NCBI RefSeq assembly: GCF_001194135.2
Contig: NC_068999.1
Span: 782,970 to 846,969 of the forward strand
DNA length: 64,000 nucleotides
Direction of reading: 5' to 3'
Origin: Octopus bimaculoides
Taxonomy: Eukaryota
Made by a program: the position numbers and the translations under genes. Every line of letters begins with the position of its first letter. Positions within the stretch are counted from its first letter, which is position 1. The notes beneath the pieces were generated by a model that was given only the letters and a program-made list of their open reading frames with translations, did not search any database and had not been told where the DNA came from. This document shows, one piece after another, positions 13,929 through 27,222 of this stretch.

Positions 13929-15294
13929 GTATGTATGTATGTATGTGTGTGTGTGTGTGTTTGTACATATATACATACAGACATACATATGCATCTGTAT
14001 AAATATACACACAAACACACACACACACGCACACACACGCACAGCAACACACACACACACTTTGAGTGTGTGTGCACTAATGAAAATACCGTCACAGACA
14101 CGCAAGCGCAGACGGGTCAATATTTTTTTCACTTATGAAGCAAAACCCTTAGTATAGAACCGTTAATTAGAAATCAATAATAATATATGTGTGTGCGTAT
14201 ATGTATGTGTGTGTGTGTGTGTGCGTATATGTATGTGTGTGTGTGTGTGTGTGTGCTGTTCTCTAAAGTCATAAAATTATAGAAGAAATATACAAGCGAA
14301 ATAAATTGCTGTTTTCCCCCACCTTCCTGAACATTGCACACTTAATTGTACCCTGGGTGTTCATATTATATCGAAGTTGGAACAGCTTTTATTTTATCGT
14401 AGCATTAAAGTAAATTTTGCTTAAAATTTAATGTTCGAAAGAATTGTTTCTATCAGGGTTTAACATTCTAAATATCAAATACTTACTTCATGATGGTAGT
14501 AAATTATGTATATTAGCGTTTACAGTTAGAAAACCCAAATGTTATCACGATATCGCGATATGAAATTTTAAACTGTGTGTCTATTTTATGATTGTGATTA
14601 TGTAAAAGCGCATTCCTTTTTTGATTTAATACGGTACATGTTGCTATTAATTTCTCCATGGATTTGAATATGCACAATCAACATTCGTACTGTCACCTTT
14701 GTTCAGTTTGCTCAGCTTAAATTATGTGAATCAAGTTCGAATTTGATAGTCTTTATTTCAGGTTATATTGATATTCTCTGACAGAGGAGTTGAAATATAT
14801 AATATGCGAATAAAGAAGGTGGAATCTTGCGAGCGATAAATAAATTTTAATATTTTGGATATAGGTCCTATAAGTTTCATGATTTTATTATGCATATGTA
14901 AATTGCATCAACATACGTCTATTTTCTTAGGCAATGAACTTAAAAGCTAATTGTGTTTTGATATATTTTAAGTGTATTACTTGCATCTTTAGTTAGGGAT
15001 ACAGATACCGTAGAAACTTATGCGCATTATAGCCACTTGTAATTTATACCACTGCGATTAATGCTAGAGTTACCGTTTTTGTAATTATTACAAGTGTGTT
15101 TCATGCATTTCTGTTTCTTTTATAAAAGAATCTCAGCCATATTTTTCTCAATTGCCTTAAAAGGACGAATTGTGAAATATTTACCATGGTTTCCGTTAAC
15201 ATTTTATCTATTATTTACTTGTTTCTGCGATTAGAGTGTGGCCATGGTGAGGTAAAACCTTGAATAATTTTTAGCCGAATGTTAAGCATTGTAT

Positions 15295-15608
15295 GAAGGT
15301 TTGTTGCTTAGTGGTTAGGACATTCGGCTCACGATCGTGAGGTAGTGAGTTCAATTCCCACCGATGCGCTGTGTCCTTGAGCAAGACGCCTTATTTGACA
15401 GTGCTTCAATCCACTCATCTAACAAAAACGAGTTGTACGTGTAACTCAAATAGCTAGGCTTGTCATATTATGTGTCATGGTGAAGTTCCCACTGAATTAG
15501 GTGAAGGGTATGCGCGTCCCTGGACAGCTCAGCGACTTGCACATTAATTCCACAAGCAAGCAGTTCCGTTGACCGGATCAACCCTCGTCATCATAACCGA
15601 CTGGGTGC
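15295..15608 (+). mobile_element. Near full-length tRNA-derived SINE, family C
   Basis: A-box ttagtggttagg, B-box gagttcaattccc, core tgtccttgagcaagac...ccactc, tail accctcgtcatcataaccgactgggtgcc. An antisense copy lies at 43305-43505. Confidence 0.8.
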
Positions 15609-15621
15609 CAATATATATACA

Positions 15622-15653
<32 letters not shown>

Positions 15654-16418
15654 NNNNNNNNNNNNNNNNNNNNNNNNNNNNNNNNNNNNNNNNNNNNNNN
15701 NNNNNNNNNNNNNNNNNNNNNNNNNNNNNNNNNNNNNNNNNNNNNNNNNNNNNNNNNNNNNNNNNNNNNNNNNNNNNNNNNNNNNNNNNNNNNNNNNNNN
15801 NNNNNNNNNNNNNNNNNNNNNNNNNNNNNNNNNNNNNNNNNNNNNNNNNNNNNNNNNNNNNNNNNNNNNNNNNNNNTATATATATATATATGGACATTTC
15901 CACTCCTGTCACAAATATTATTTTCTAATATCAAACTACTTCATACTTGTCAGAGAAAAAAAAATCTATGAGAAACTCATCAGTCTTTGCTACATATTTC
16001 GTACAGAACTATGTTTGTTTTGTGTATAAGCAATAACAAAACAAACAAAAATATTTGATCTTTTGGACACTTTTCTAAAATATTGATTAGAATTCATGAA
16101 AGAAATCTTAGAAAACCTATCAGAAGAGAAGACTGTAGATATGAAACTGTTATATTCACTCTGTGAAATTTCATTAAGGCAAACAAGATAACGCAATTTT
16201 TACTCGTTCGTTTATTTGGAATATATCACGGAAAAAAATATATCGAGGTTGTTTTCTTTCCAATACTTCCGATGCACTTATTTTTTCTACACAGCTTTAA
16301 CATAGTTTTCTTTTAAATTTTATTTTGAATAATATTTAACAAAATATCAATTTATTTGCATAACTTCTGCTGAACATACTTTAGTGGTCCAATTCCTCGG
16401 TTACTGTTACATAAAAAA

Positions 16419-16633
16419 TTAATATTCAAACCGGCCATAACCGGCAAAAATATTTCTGCTTTATGTTCAAACTGGCTAGATCTAACTTCTCATACCTACC
16501 ATATAATGTCATTCTAAAGAAATAACCGCATCATCGAAATCTCAGTGTTATGAGATAATGCCTGATTAATTCAAAACTATGTGAATGAATAAACATTATA
16601 TTTGATAAAGTGATCTAAAGTTTAAAAGGTTAA
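16419..16633. mobile_element. MITE-like non-autonomous element with TTAA / ...aaggttaa end (piggyBac-like end signature)
   Basis: About 215 bp, non-coding, right end aaaaggttaa, left end degenerate. Recognised from recall of a common octopus repeat, not from a search. Confidence 0.45.
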
Positions 16634-16828
16634 GGCAGCCAATCAACAGAGTCCTTCGAATATTGATAAGTTTGTTTTGCACTATCGAGTTCAAACTGTT
16701 TCGTGATCGAATTTACATGTCATTAATTCTTGGTCGATAAAGTACCAGTGTTGCTTTGAAATTTATAACTTCTTTTCCAATCCCTCTTTCTCCCTGTCTA
16801 GAAGAAATCGCCTGTATTTTTTTTTTAG

Positions 16829-16955
16829 AATGTCCAATTTACACGGTATGCCAATTTCCACTTCTGGACAGTGTTGAGGGCACAAAACAAAGCAAAGGAG
16901 AAGAAGTCAACACAGACACATCATATGAAAACGACTTTTCGTGCAATCTGCAAAA
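16829..16955 (+). other. Candidate 127-nt exon
   Basis: tattttttttttag|AATGTCC...CTGCAAAA|gtgagt. Two open frames (ECPIYTVCQFPLLDSVEG... and NVQFTRYANFHFWTVLR...); no family recognised. Confidence 0.3.
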
Positions 16956-17039
16956 GTGAGTATCTATGTCGTCGCTTCATTTGCTAGAGATAGCTATCGA
17001 ACATCTCAAAACTATCATCTTAAAATATTATATTCAATA

Positions 17040-17320
17040 ATTGGCAGAGTGTTGGTGGTGTCTGTCAGTTCAAAGTAGATATTTGTCTATGCACATATGG
17101 ACGGGTTTGGGAAAGATTTTTCAGAAAGTGTATCAGTTGCTTTTGTACACAATCGTCTCCTTTTCTCGCCAGACATTTTGTCCAACGGAAAGTCCTCTCA
17201 CTCACCCAACCAGGAATACAGCAAGGCACCATCGACGTCAAAAGCGTTGTCGTAAGAGCAAAAACGCCCGAAAGACACACATCCATGCTTTTTGTTCGAC
17301 GCACTCAAAGTTTCACCACT
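17040..17320 (-). mobile_element. Possible degenerate 5' part of a mariner-like DNA transposon
   Basis: GC-richer island resembling recalled mariner leader sequence; no clean transposase frame. Confidence 0.25.
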
Positions 17321-18140
17321 GCAGCGTCTTGTACCGATGATCCGTTCGTTCTCGACGCCAAAGGATGACAGCTAAAGTTGACCTTGGCGGAATTTGAATC
17401 CAAACAACAGAGATTGGAAACAAATAGTGCTAGGTTTTCTACTCTAACATCTCTTTTATTTGCCGCCTTCAGTACTATAGCACTACACTTATAAGCCCCC
17501 GATTTTGTTTTCATCTTGTTACTGACCGATTACTTTTATAAATGTTCTACACAAACACCACAAATTCTCCAGCTCATATCTCACAGACAGTTATAGACGA
17601 CATCATTTAGATCCAATTTCTTGACCTTGCCAAGAATTTCTAGGTGGCACTTTGCTGACTTTATTTTAATCGTATCATATGTCCTATTTTAATCTGACAA
17701 GAGAAGCTAATACACAAAGTACAAAGTCTGAGTGAGTTTCAGGAAAGACCGCCATATCTTATAAAAACGTGATCACCATATTTGATATATTTTTGAAAAT
17801 GCTAAAAATTATAAGCACCAATATCTAAAAGATATTCTGTGCTATGAATTTATAATGTAAAATTATCGCTGTTGCATTTTGCTTATTTTTATAACCGCTA
17901 TGACATTTAATACAGCTCGATACGAAAATTCAAATTCGAAACATTTGCTGCAAAAATCGTAAATATGAAATAAAAATGCAAATATACCTTGCTGCTCAGT
18001 AATAAATATTTAATAATCTTTTCTTTTTCTTTTTCAAGTGGTAAAATTATTATAGTGTTAGGCATAATACCTTGTGGTAGTTAGGTACTGCCCTTTACGT
18101 CTTGAATTCAAATATTGATAGGGTGATCGAAATGTTTTCA

Positions 18141-18239
<99 letters not shown>

Positions 18240-18254
18240 AAGAAGAAGAAGAAG
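18141..18254. repeat. Compound (AAT)n(AAG)n microsatellite
   Basis: Seen directly. Confidence 0.98.
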
Positions 18255-19069
18255 AGATTCCGATCTCGGTGTTCAACTCGAGGTCAGAGATTTTTAGTGG
18301 ATGTAAATACATATTTAAATATATCTTAAAAAATTGGAAGATTTCACCGATTACCGATTGATTGGTCATTTCTTTCTATCGTTCTTTATAACGCCTAAGA
18401 ATATAGATATATTTCCTTCTTTCATTGTGTCCATTTATACCTCATTTATATATACATTATATTTTTTCCATCCTTTCGTATTTTGTCTGTAATTTTTATC
18501 TTTATACATTATAATTATAGATCTTTATAACAGACACCATAGAGTTTTCCACTTATAATTTTATGCAATTATGTATATTTTCTATTTTTATGTACTTGTA
18601 TAATTTGTGTATTGCAATATAGCTTAACTACTTGTATATATTTGTATAGCCTTTCGATTGTCTGTAAATCCATATGTATTTTCATATTTTAGATATATTG
18701 ACAAGTTTATAATTTAATTCAATTTTCATAATTCTTATAATTTATAAACTTATCATTTTACTTTTTTCTTATGTTTATTTATTTTTGATTTAATTTCCTC
18801 TGAACGCTTTGCATCAGTTCAATTTGGTAGCTTACATTTAGTGGAATCTTCCATTAAAAATCCAAATTATTGAGCATCACCTCTCGTCCGCTCCTCTATT
18901 TAAACTTCTTGGTTTCATAGAATAATCAGCCCATGATGGTCGTACTTGTAATGTATGTGAAACTATCGCATGTAATACTTGTGGAGTGAAACGCAAATAT
19001 TAATATTGGACTCTCATTAGAGGCAGTGCTCTTCTTGTTGATCTTTTTACGGATATTAATTTACTATAT

Positions 19070-19126
<57 letters not shown>

Positions 19127-19960
19127 AGATGTAATTTCTTTAAAAATGTAAGATATAACAGCGATGCAACCATTCCAATAAATATATATGAAAAACATAA
19201 GTTCACTATACAAACGAAAGAATAAAAAATCTGTCACGACTAAAAAGATTACTTGTAGCAGACGTAATCTCTATCGATTAGGTGTAAATCAAATAGATAG
19301 CCTATTACTTTCATTATGTATAAATAATATTGTATCGCAATCTAACAGTTAAAAGCAAGCGCTAAATTATTTGAGTGAGATGTCAATTACGATGCGGGAC
19401 GTAACAGAAATATCACCTAAGGAGAAACAGAAGAGAAATGAATGAAAGAAAGAAAATTTATATTTAAAGCAGTAAACGTATTTATTAATCTTAACACATT
19501 TTTACAGAAAGTAAAGAAAGAAAACATGGAAAACATGATATTATCGAGAAAATTCTCATAACCACCTCACCAAGGAAACAAATATAAAAAATGAGAATGG
19601 AAATGAAGCAGCAGAAGATGATGGGGCAGTAACGAAATGTAACCTACAGAAAAAATGGTGTGTAGCCGCGTCTCGAAGGCATGATTAGAAATGCGTTGCA
19701 GTGGAGAAGGTTCAGCGATATTCGCTACACAAACACCCTATCCGGCGCGGCGCATTTCTCAGAAGGGCAGCAGTTACTTAAAAATTGAAATTATAATCAT
19801 CATTATTTGATAATTCAATAATGTAGAACCAAATATAGAAATAACGTATAAAGCAGAGAAAATGAATGACAATAAATCGCCAAGTAATATAAATTGTTTG
19901 AAGATGCAGGGCTAGAATTGAAGGCAAATGAAAAAAGATAAAAGAAGGACAATTCCTTAC

Positions 19961-20027
19961 CAGCGCCATTCGTTTCCGATGTTATACCGACGAAGCAGCA
20001 ATTACGGTCATTAACTTACAACTGTTT
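19961..20027 (-). other. Candidate start-codon exon (5' UTR plus ATG GCG CTG, phase-0 donor)
   Basis: cactttttgcag|AAACAGTTG...CGAATGGCGCTG|gtaagg. All three frames contain stops; an in-frame TAA lies 15 nt upstream of the ATG. Confidence 0.3.
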
Positions 20028-20099
20028 CTGCAAAAAGTGTCCGCTAGCTTATTAAAGTGATCATGCAATTCCTATTCATTACTTTCGAGATTGCACTTC

Positions 20100-20335
20100 T
20101 TGATATATCAAGCATTTGAGAAAGAGAGACAAACCTCCTCGTCGAAACAAAACTCCGGAAGAAAACAAAAATTTTCAGATAGGGACCGCCGGAATCTAAC
20201 GCGAATTGTTAGAATGGATCACAAAAGTACAGAGCTTAGTGACCACCTCGAGATTTCAATTTCCACAGTGTTTACCAGGAGCAAAGCCGGATTTTACGAC
20301 AAGGCTGCAATCGGAAAACCACAACTTTCAAAACT
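20100..20335 (+). mobile_element. Tc1-family transposase N-terminal DNA-binding fragment, decayed
   Basis: AFEKERQTSSSKQNSGRKQKFSDRDRRNLTRIVRMDHKST-ELSDHLE...AGFYDKAAIGKPQLSK matches Tc1 SGRxxKLSDRDxR and A-x-RKP-x-L motifs, with internal deletions. Confidence 0.8.
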
Positions 20336-21039
20336 TCGTTCTGTGAGTCCACAAGACTTCAAGTTGCATAGAGTCAAAACGTTATTAAATGCTATATGTA
20401 ACTCTTACCAAATGTGTTTAGTGCGACTTTCTTTTGTCCACACATACGCACAGACACACATACACGCATATATATATATATATATATATATATGCATATA
20501 TATATATATATATATAAATACATATATATATATATATATGTATATATATGTATATANNNNNNNNNNNNNNNNNNNNNNNNNNNNNNNNNNNNNNNNNNNN
20601 NNNNNNNNNNNNNNNNNNNNNNNNNNNNNNNNNNNNNNNNNNNNNNNNNNNNNNNNNNNNNNNNNNNNNNNNNNNNNNNNNNNNNNNNNNNNNNNNNNNN
20701 NNNNNNNNNNNNNNNNNNNNNNNNNNNNNNNNNNNNNNNNATATATATATATATATATATATATACCTACATAAATGTACATATGTATGTATATAGGTAT
20801 ATCAATTGCTATTTCTTTATTCGTTTTTATGAATGGTTATCTCTCAGCACGTTGTATTGTAAATCAAACTAGTTGCAGACAGCATAATCTTTTGATTGTC
20901 TCATCAATTTACACAAGAACGAATTCAAGAGAGGAATTATAGTTGATAGGAAGTGACCATCATTAATCAACTTATAATTCGATGTCTGGGTCGCTGATGG
21001 ACACAGAAAAGCTAGAAGACAGGAGGATCATTCTTGATC

Positions 21040-21245
21040 TCTTTCTTCTTCTTCTTCTTCTTTTACATCATCATCATCATCATCATCATCATCAGCTTCT
21101 TCTTCTTCTTCTTCTCCTTCTTCTTCTTCTTCTTCTTCTTCTTCTCCTTCTTCTTCTTCTTCTTCTTCTTCTTCTTCTTCTTCTTCTTCTTCTTCTTCTT
21201 CTTCTTCTTCTTCTTCTTCTTCTTCTTCTTCTTCTCTCTTCATCT
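21040..21245. repeat. Compound (CTT)n(CAT)n(CTT)n microsatellite
   Basis: Seen directly; source of the poly-L, poly-H and poly-E ORFs. Confidence 0.97.
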
Positions 21246-21688
21246 TCCTCCTGCTCTCTTCGACAATTCTAAGACTCAGCCTACGCAGCAGGTGACGGTG
21301 TTACTGCTACAGGTACCGTTTTTACTACTGCCACCTCCCCACTCCCCACACCAATAGCCCTGTCACCGCCACCTCTGAAGCTGTAATCGCTGTCGCTGCT
21401 GTTTATAATAATGATGACGATGATGAGGAAGATGACAAAAATAATAGGTAATAATAGTAATAATAATAGGAATAACGATGATAACAATAACATATTAATG
21501 ATGAAAATGATGATAGCGATTGTTTGAACTATTACTGTATTGTAATATATCTTTTGTAATGATGATGAGATGATGAAGACGAGGAGAACGACGATGATGT
21601 GAGAGAGGTGGAGATGGCGCTGGCCGAAATAAAACAACGCGCCAGAAATGATGAAATAATCTGTATTAAGTGAGATGTGAACGACGAC

Positions 21689-21708
21689 AATAATAATAAT
21701 AATAATAA

Positions 21709-21785
<77 letters not shown>

Positions 21786-21786
21786 A
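21689..21786. repeat. Compound (AAT)n(AGT)n microsatellite
   Basis: Seen directly; abuts the R4/Dong fragment. Confidence 0.97.
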
Positions 21787-22070
21787 CTCAACAGGCATGA
21801 TAGAGTGGCACGGTTTATTCACTCGGTAATCTGCATGGATTATTCACTGGGTAATCTGCAAGGACCTGAACTTTTCCCATGATAAAAAACTAGTGGGAAC
21901 ACAAACCACCTCCGTTGCTTGAAAATGATCGCATGTCACTCCTTTAGAGTTTTACCGTTCAAACTGACAGAAAGATGGATGTGAATAGGCCAGACATTAT
22001 ATTGAAGGATTTCAAGCAAAAATCATGCCTCCTCATTGATTTCATTGTCCCAACCAACGACCCTATGCAA
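21787..22070 (+). mobile_element. R4/Dong-type non-LTR retrotransposon fragment, restriction-like endonuclease region
   Basis: With frameshifts: LNRHDRVARFIH...IHWVICKDLNFSH...WEHKPPPLLENDRMSLL*SFTVQTDRKMDVNRPDIILKDFKQKSCLLIDFIVP. RHD, IHW, QTDR and RPD..ID motifs are typical of RLE-bearing elements. Confidence 0.85.
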
Positions 22071-23194
22071 TACAACTGTTTGGAAGTGTTAACATGTAAA
22101 TTGTTTTGTCTTGGTATAAAAGATGCGCTACAGCAAGTATTCTGCTCAATAACACTGATTGTCTTGTCAGTTGATTGAACTTGGCCAGTTGAGCATGTCT
22201 TTTGGAGGCTGACAATATATGCATCTGTGATCACGCCAGAAGTAGTGGGGGGGGATTCATAGCCATGTTTTGAGGGGAATTCTTTGGGGTTTAAATAATT
22301 CACATGTGGAAAAGTGTGTTTCATTCATCATCCTGAAACAACCCTTATTCAGGGACCTTTTGAGCAGGGTGGACTACTTTACCTGGAGGTTCGAGCCCTA
22401 ATCGGTTTTAATTTGTGACCAGGAAATACGAAAGGTGAGAGTAAACTCAGCGAGCTGCAGCCCTAACGAGTCTACCAATTCGACGCCACATTCCAACCGA
22501 CTGCATATTATAAATGGTCCCACACTGATTAATAAAAATAGAATTCTCCACTAATTATAGAATATACTTTTAAAATTCCAGCATAAAATTGCCATCATGA
22601 ATAACTGAAATAACTGGCTGTTTCTTTCTTCCCAATCATTGCACACAAGAACGTTGAACAAATGTCTAAAGCCCACCAAAATATATCAGTTGTAAGTTGT
22701 AAGGAAGTCTGTGGTTATTGGTTACTTTTCCACAAATAATTACTGCTTGGCTGACTTTAAACTCCATTAAGAAGGTGGTTTATCATTAAGTTTGTCATGT
22801 CCACTGATATAAACTATTTTAATGAGGCAAGCATTGCAATATGTCGAAATTCTCCGCGCTGTTGCTCTGAACAACCATAATGACTATATGTTGCTTGTAT
22901 TCTGTCGTTTATCCATAAATAAACCGGAGCTACACAACATGTCAAACTGGATTTTGGATTAATGTTGCATACGGAAACCATGCCAGTGCACATTCTTCCT
23001 CTTCTCTCTCTAATTATCTTAACGTTTAATTGTAATTCTGGTAAATATCATGATTATCTTCGTGCCTGGTTCCTGCTTCTCATTTGTTACAGTACTCGGT
23101 TACATTACTGACGGACATCTCATTCTGAGGATCGTTTATTTACGAGTATTTATTCTACGATCGATAGAGAAAATAAGGGCTTTTCTAGGTTGTC

Positions 23195-23345
23195 AGAACA
23201 TCTGCTAGAAATAGCAACCACATTCCTTCAAATCATGACCGATCATTTTAAAAGGAAAATGTCATATTGGACATTCTAATCGGACATGCTTGCTGCAAGA
23301 AATACTAGATCGAGACTGTCACGGATTAGAGACATTGAAGCATGC
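23195..23345 (+). mobile_element. Unclassified dispersed repeat (ctgctagaaatagcaaccacattccttcaaatc...)
   Basis: Related copies at about 60-120, 35465-35520 and 57810-57860 (+) and about 54330-54410 (-). Confidence 0.5.
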
Positions 23346-23489
23346 ATTCGCACAGTTACATACAAACTCTAGCTTAACATTAATAGCAACGAAAATAACA
23401 GGTCACAAATAATTGCAAGAAATGGAGGACACACTGAGACTTAGACACTATATTTGGAGCTATAAAGGTATTTAAACGTTCTAAATTGC

Positions 23490-23790
23490 GGGCAAGTACC
23501 TTTCCACCCACAGAAAAAAGCGCGAAATCCCTCGAAAATTACCACACAGATCCTTTGGCCCCGATTTATACAAGGAGACTAAAATGGCATCAATCCAGTC
23601 TTTAGGCACATTCTCAGTTCTCCAAAAGTGACAAAGTAATATATGTAAGAGTTCAAACATTTTGTTACCGCCGTATTTCAAGATTTCTGCACAGATTCCA
23701 TCAGAACCTGGTGACTTATTGTTATTCCGCGTATTCACAGCTAAATAAATGTGATTTAGAGTTGGTTCAAATGCCATCTCTTCCATAACC
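23490..23790 (-). mobile_element. RTE-clade LINE fragment, region just upstream of and entering the RT domain
   Basis: NKSPGSDGICAEILKYGG...LHILLCHFWRTENVPKDWIDAILVSLYKSGPKDLCGNFRGIS matches the KAPGxDG / W-P-DW / CxNYRGISL motifs of RTE-type elements. Confidence 0.9.
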
Positions 23791-25115
23791 GGAAGGTGTT
23801 CAATTTTTTCAACTGCAATAACATTGATGCAATTTCTGGTTAAACTACATCTTCATATTCTTCTAAAATATACAGGTATATTTAATTAGCTTAGAGGTGT
23901 GAGATGTAACGATCAGGCTAAGTGCAATGATCAGTATGTCCAACGTTGGTAGGTTTGTTTTAAGTATCAAACGAAACCGAGTTGATTATGATCTCGATCT
24001 GTGTTTGAAATATACGAAAGTACATTACCACATTTAAATGTTTAACCTATCATCTCTGAAGAGGATTCTTGTTAGAGGCTACAATATATTTTATAATAGC
24101 ATTGGTTTTACCGTGTATAGTAGGAAAGCATTACAAAAACTAACTTTCATACATATTAAAACATTTTAAAGCTTTTTCCCACTCCCTTTTTGTTCAACGA
24201 CTGCTTGGAAAAAGGATAGAAATTAGCTTCAAGCCGAAGAGCTGGGATGAATCTTTACACAAGACTGCACTTTGCTAAATGTCACCTAGAGCAAAGTGCT
24301 AGTATACAGGTCGGTCGTTCAATGTGCATAATGATGTTTAAAAAGATTGTCATAGAAGTGCACTTCACGTGTGCAAGGGGAGATGAAATGGCGTGTATCA
24401 AGTTATGTTAATGGAGTGTGATATTGGATGCTCAAGATATATTGAACTCCTAATTGGAATTCACTGTTTCCAGGAGCAGATTTTTGCAATTGACGTAACG
24501 TTCGGGTAATTTCCATTTAAAGTAACTTCTTTTGTACCGCAATCACTGGAGTTCAGAAATGAAAGAAATACTCTTTCTGTGCAGGAGAGTCAAAAAGTGT
24601 TTAAGGCCCTCAGTAAAAGCGCTGCTTTTCAGAGTGTCACCGCAATAGAGTCTAAGTAATGATAAGGGGGAAAGAGGGAGAACCCAAAAATGGGAGAAAG
24701 GGCAATTAGGAAACAATGAGACAGAGAAATATCACACAAAACAAAAAGGGATGATGATGATTTGATGTATTCAGAATGGAGACGGTTACTTATCAGAGGA
24801 AAAAGAGAAACAAGTCCTGAAGTGCGTATGTGTGACGAAAATTCCAACATTTTTGATTGTAAAGGTTTGTTTATAATGACTCAGCCATTAATAAAGAAAT
24901 TCAGATGTGTCTGATGTTATGACACTATAAGTGCCGTCGATTTACCAGGTGGAAACATTACACTCAATGATTAATTAATCGGTTAATCATATTAATTAAA
25001 TTGTTTAATTAGTTTATATGTGATGAAAGTTACTTTCAGTATTTGCAAGATAAATTAGTCTAAAGTTTTTAGTTTGTATACAGGAAATGTATATATATGT
25101 GTATATATATATGTT

Positions 25116-25116
<1 letters not shown>

Positions 25117-25196
<80 letters not shown>
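25117..25196. repeat. (GT)n microsatellite, about 40 units
   Basis: Seen directly. Confidence 0.98.
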
Positions 25197-25203
<7 letters not shown>

Positions 25204-25346
25204 TGCGTGTGTGTATGTGTGTGTTTACATAGACATACACATATGTATTGCTTGTGTGTGTCTGTATATACATTCATAATTACAAATATATACTCACAAC
25301 ATATGTATGTATATATATATATGTGTGTGTATAGGCATATGTACGT

Positions 25347-25434
<88 letters not shown>

Positions 25435-25739
25435 ATTTAGTTATATATAGATATACACACACATATATATATATTCATCTATGGCTTCATATGTATATGA
25501 GGTGGGGGTGCAAGTGTGTGTGTGTGTGTGTATAGGTATGTATGTGTGTCTGTGTATATTAGTGTCTGTTAGCTCTCAGCTATTCGATAGCTTTTATCGG
25601 AAGATCGTCAACGAGATTCTCTTAATAATGATTTTTAAATATTCGTCATGCTATAACTTATATCATTATACTTGCGGTTTAATGTCGAGTAAACATTTTT
25701 CTTCTTACCTTCTTTTACACATTAACATTCATGCACTTT

Positions 25740-25801
<62 letters not shown>

Positions 25802-25848
25802 NNNNNNNNNNNNNNNNNNNNNNNNNNNNNNNNNNNNNNNNNNNNNNN

Positions 25849-25885
<37 letters not shown>

Positions 25886-26018
25886 TCTCTCTCACACACA
25901 TGCACAGTCGCACACACAAACACACACACACACATTCCCCCACAAATGGATATAAGTATAAAGGAAAATATCTACTCGATTTATAAAATACTCAATATAT
26001 GAAATATAGAGTTCATAT

Positions 26019-26328
26019 TTAATCAGGCCTTCTAGCTTCTATTACTCTGTCAGTCTGAATGTTGAAGTCCCACAACATCTTATATTTCTTACTTTCTAGC
26101 AGTTTACTAGATTCAGGTTCATACAATTTATCCGTATGTTCAAGTCCTAGCATTCTACATAGCCCCCAGTGCGTTACTCTCCCTAGATTGTCATGTCTCT
26201 TCTTGTATTTCCCCTGTGCCAGCATGCTACATTCACTTACTACATGAGTAATGCTTATCACTTTTGATTTGCATAACCTGCATTGGGTGTCTCCTTGGTC
26301 TTTATCCCATTAGTCCTCCATGCTTGAT
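26019..26328 (-). mobile_element. R4/Dong-type LINE fragment: CCHC zinc knuckle plus start of the RLE endonuclease
   Basis: DTQCRLCKSKVISITHVVSECSMLAQGKYKKRHDNLGRVTHWGLC...KYKMLWDFNIQTDRVIEARRPD. Confidence 0.92.
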
Positions 26329-26521
26329 CTTGTTATTATTATTATCATTATTGTTGTTATTGTTATATCCTCATCATTTATAGAGTGAGTGAACCGCAAA
26401 CAAGAAATACAGGATGAATTTATGCTACGATTATTTGAGTGATAGGTGAACTTATTTTTCGTCTAACGGTTTAGAAAAAGAAAATCTTCCATGAGGTCAG
26501 AGAGTTGACAGTGTATTACTG

Positions 26522-26627
<106 letters not shown>

Positions 26628-27185
26628 TATGTATGTATATATATGTATGCATGCATATGTATATGTATACAGGTATTTGCGTGTGTATATATGTATATAT
26701 ATATATATATATATATGCAGACATACGCACACACAATTATTTCCTCTATATATACTAGCGTATTAAAGAAACAGCATAGAATCCGAAGGACGGGACGAGA
26801 TTCCACCCCGCAGCAAGCACATATTAAACATGGCGAAGCATTCGGTGAAATGAAAAGAAAATCAATAAGGCAACCAATCATATTAACTGCAAGGTAAAGG
26901 AAACTTCAATTAAAATATGGTAGATTGTCGATTGTTATAGAAGTTACTTTCATTGTGTAATCCAGATCGTTTCTGCACGTTTTATAGAGTATCTTTCAAA
27001 GCTGACTCGCTGCCGACACATCGTGCGTTACTAATTCTTATGGAAGATTTCTTGCGCATGTAGAAAGCTGATCGCTCTTGGTATTACATGAAGATATCGA
27101 TTTTGGTATATGGAACAGGAAGACCTTACAATCGATTGAATCGACAGAATCAGGTAACTACCCCATCATGCCAGCATAGCTTATG

Positions 27186-27222
<37 letters not shown>

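Noticed and set aside
15975-15990. CTGATGAG on the minus strand (and CTGACGAG at about 55752) as hammerhead ribozyme cores
   Set aside because: No stem II followed by GAAA and no stems I/III could be built.
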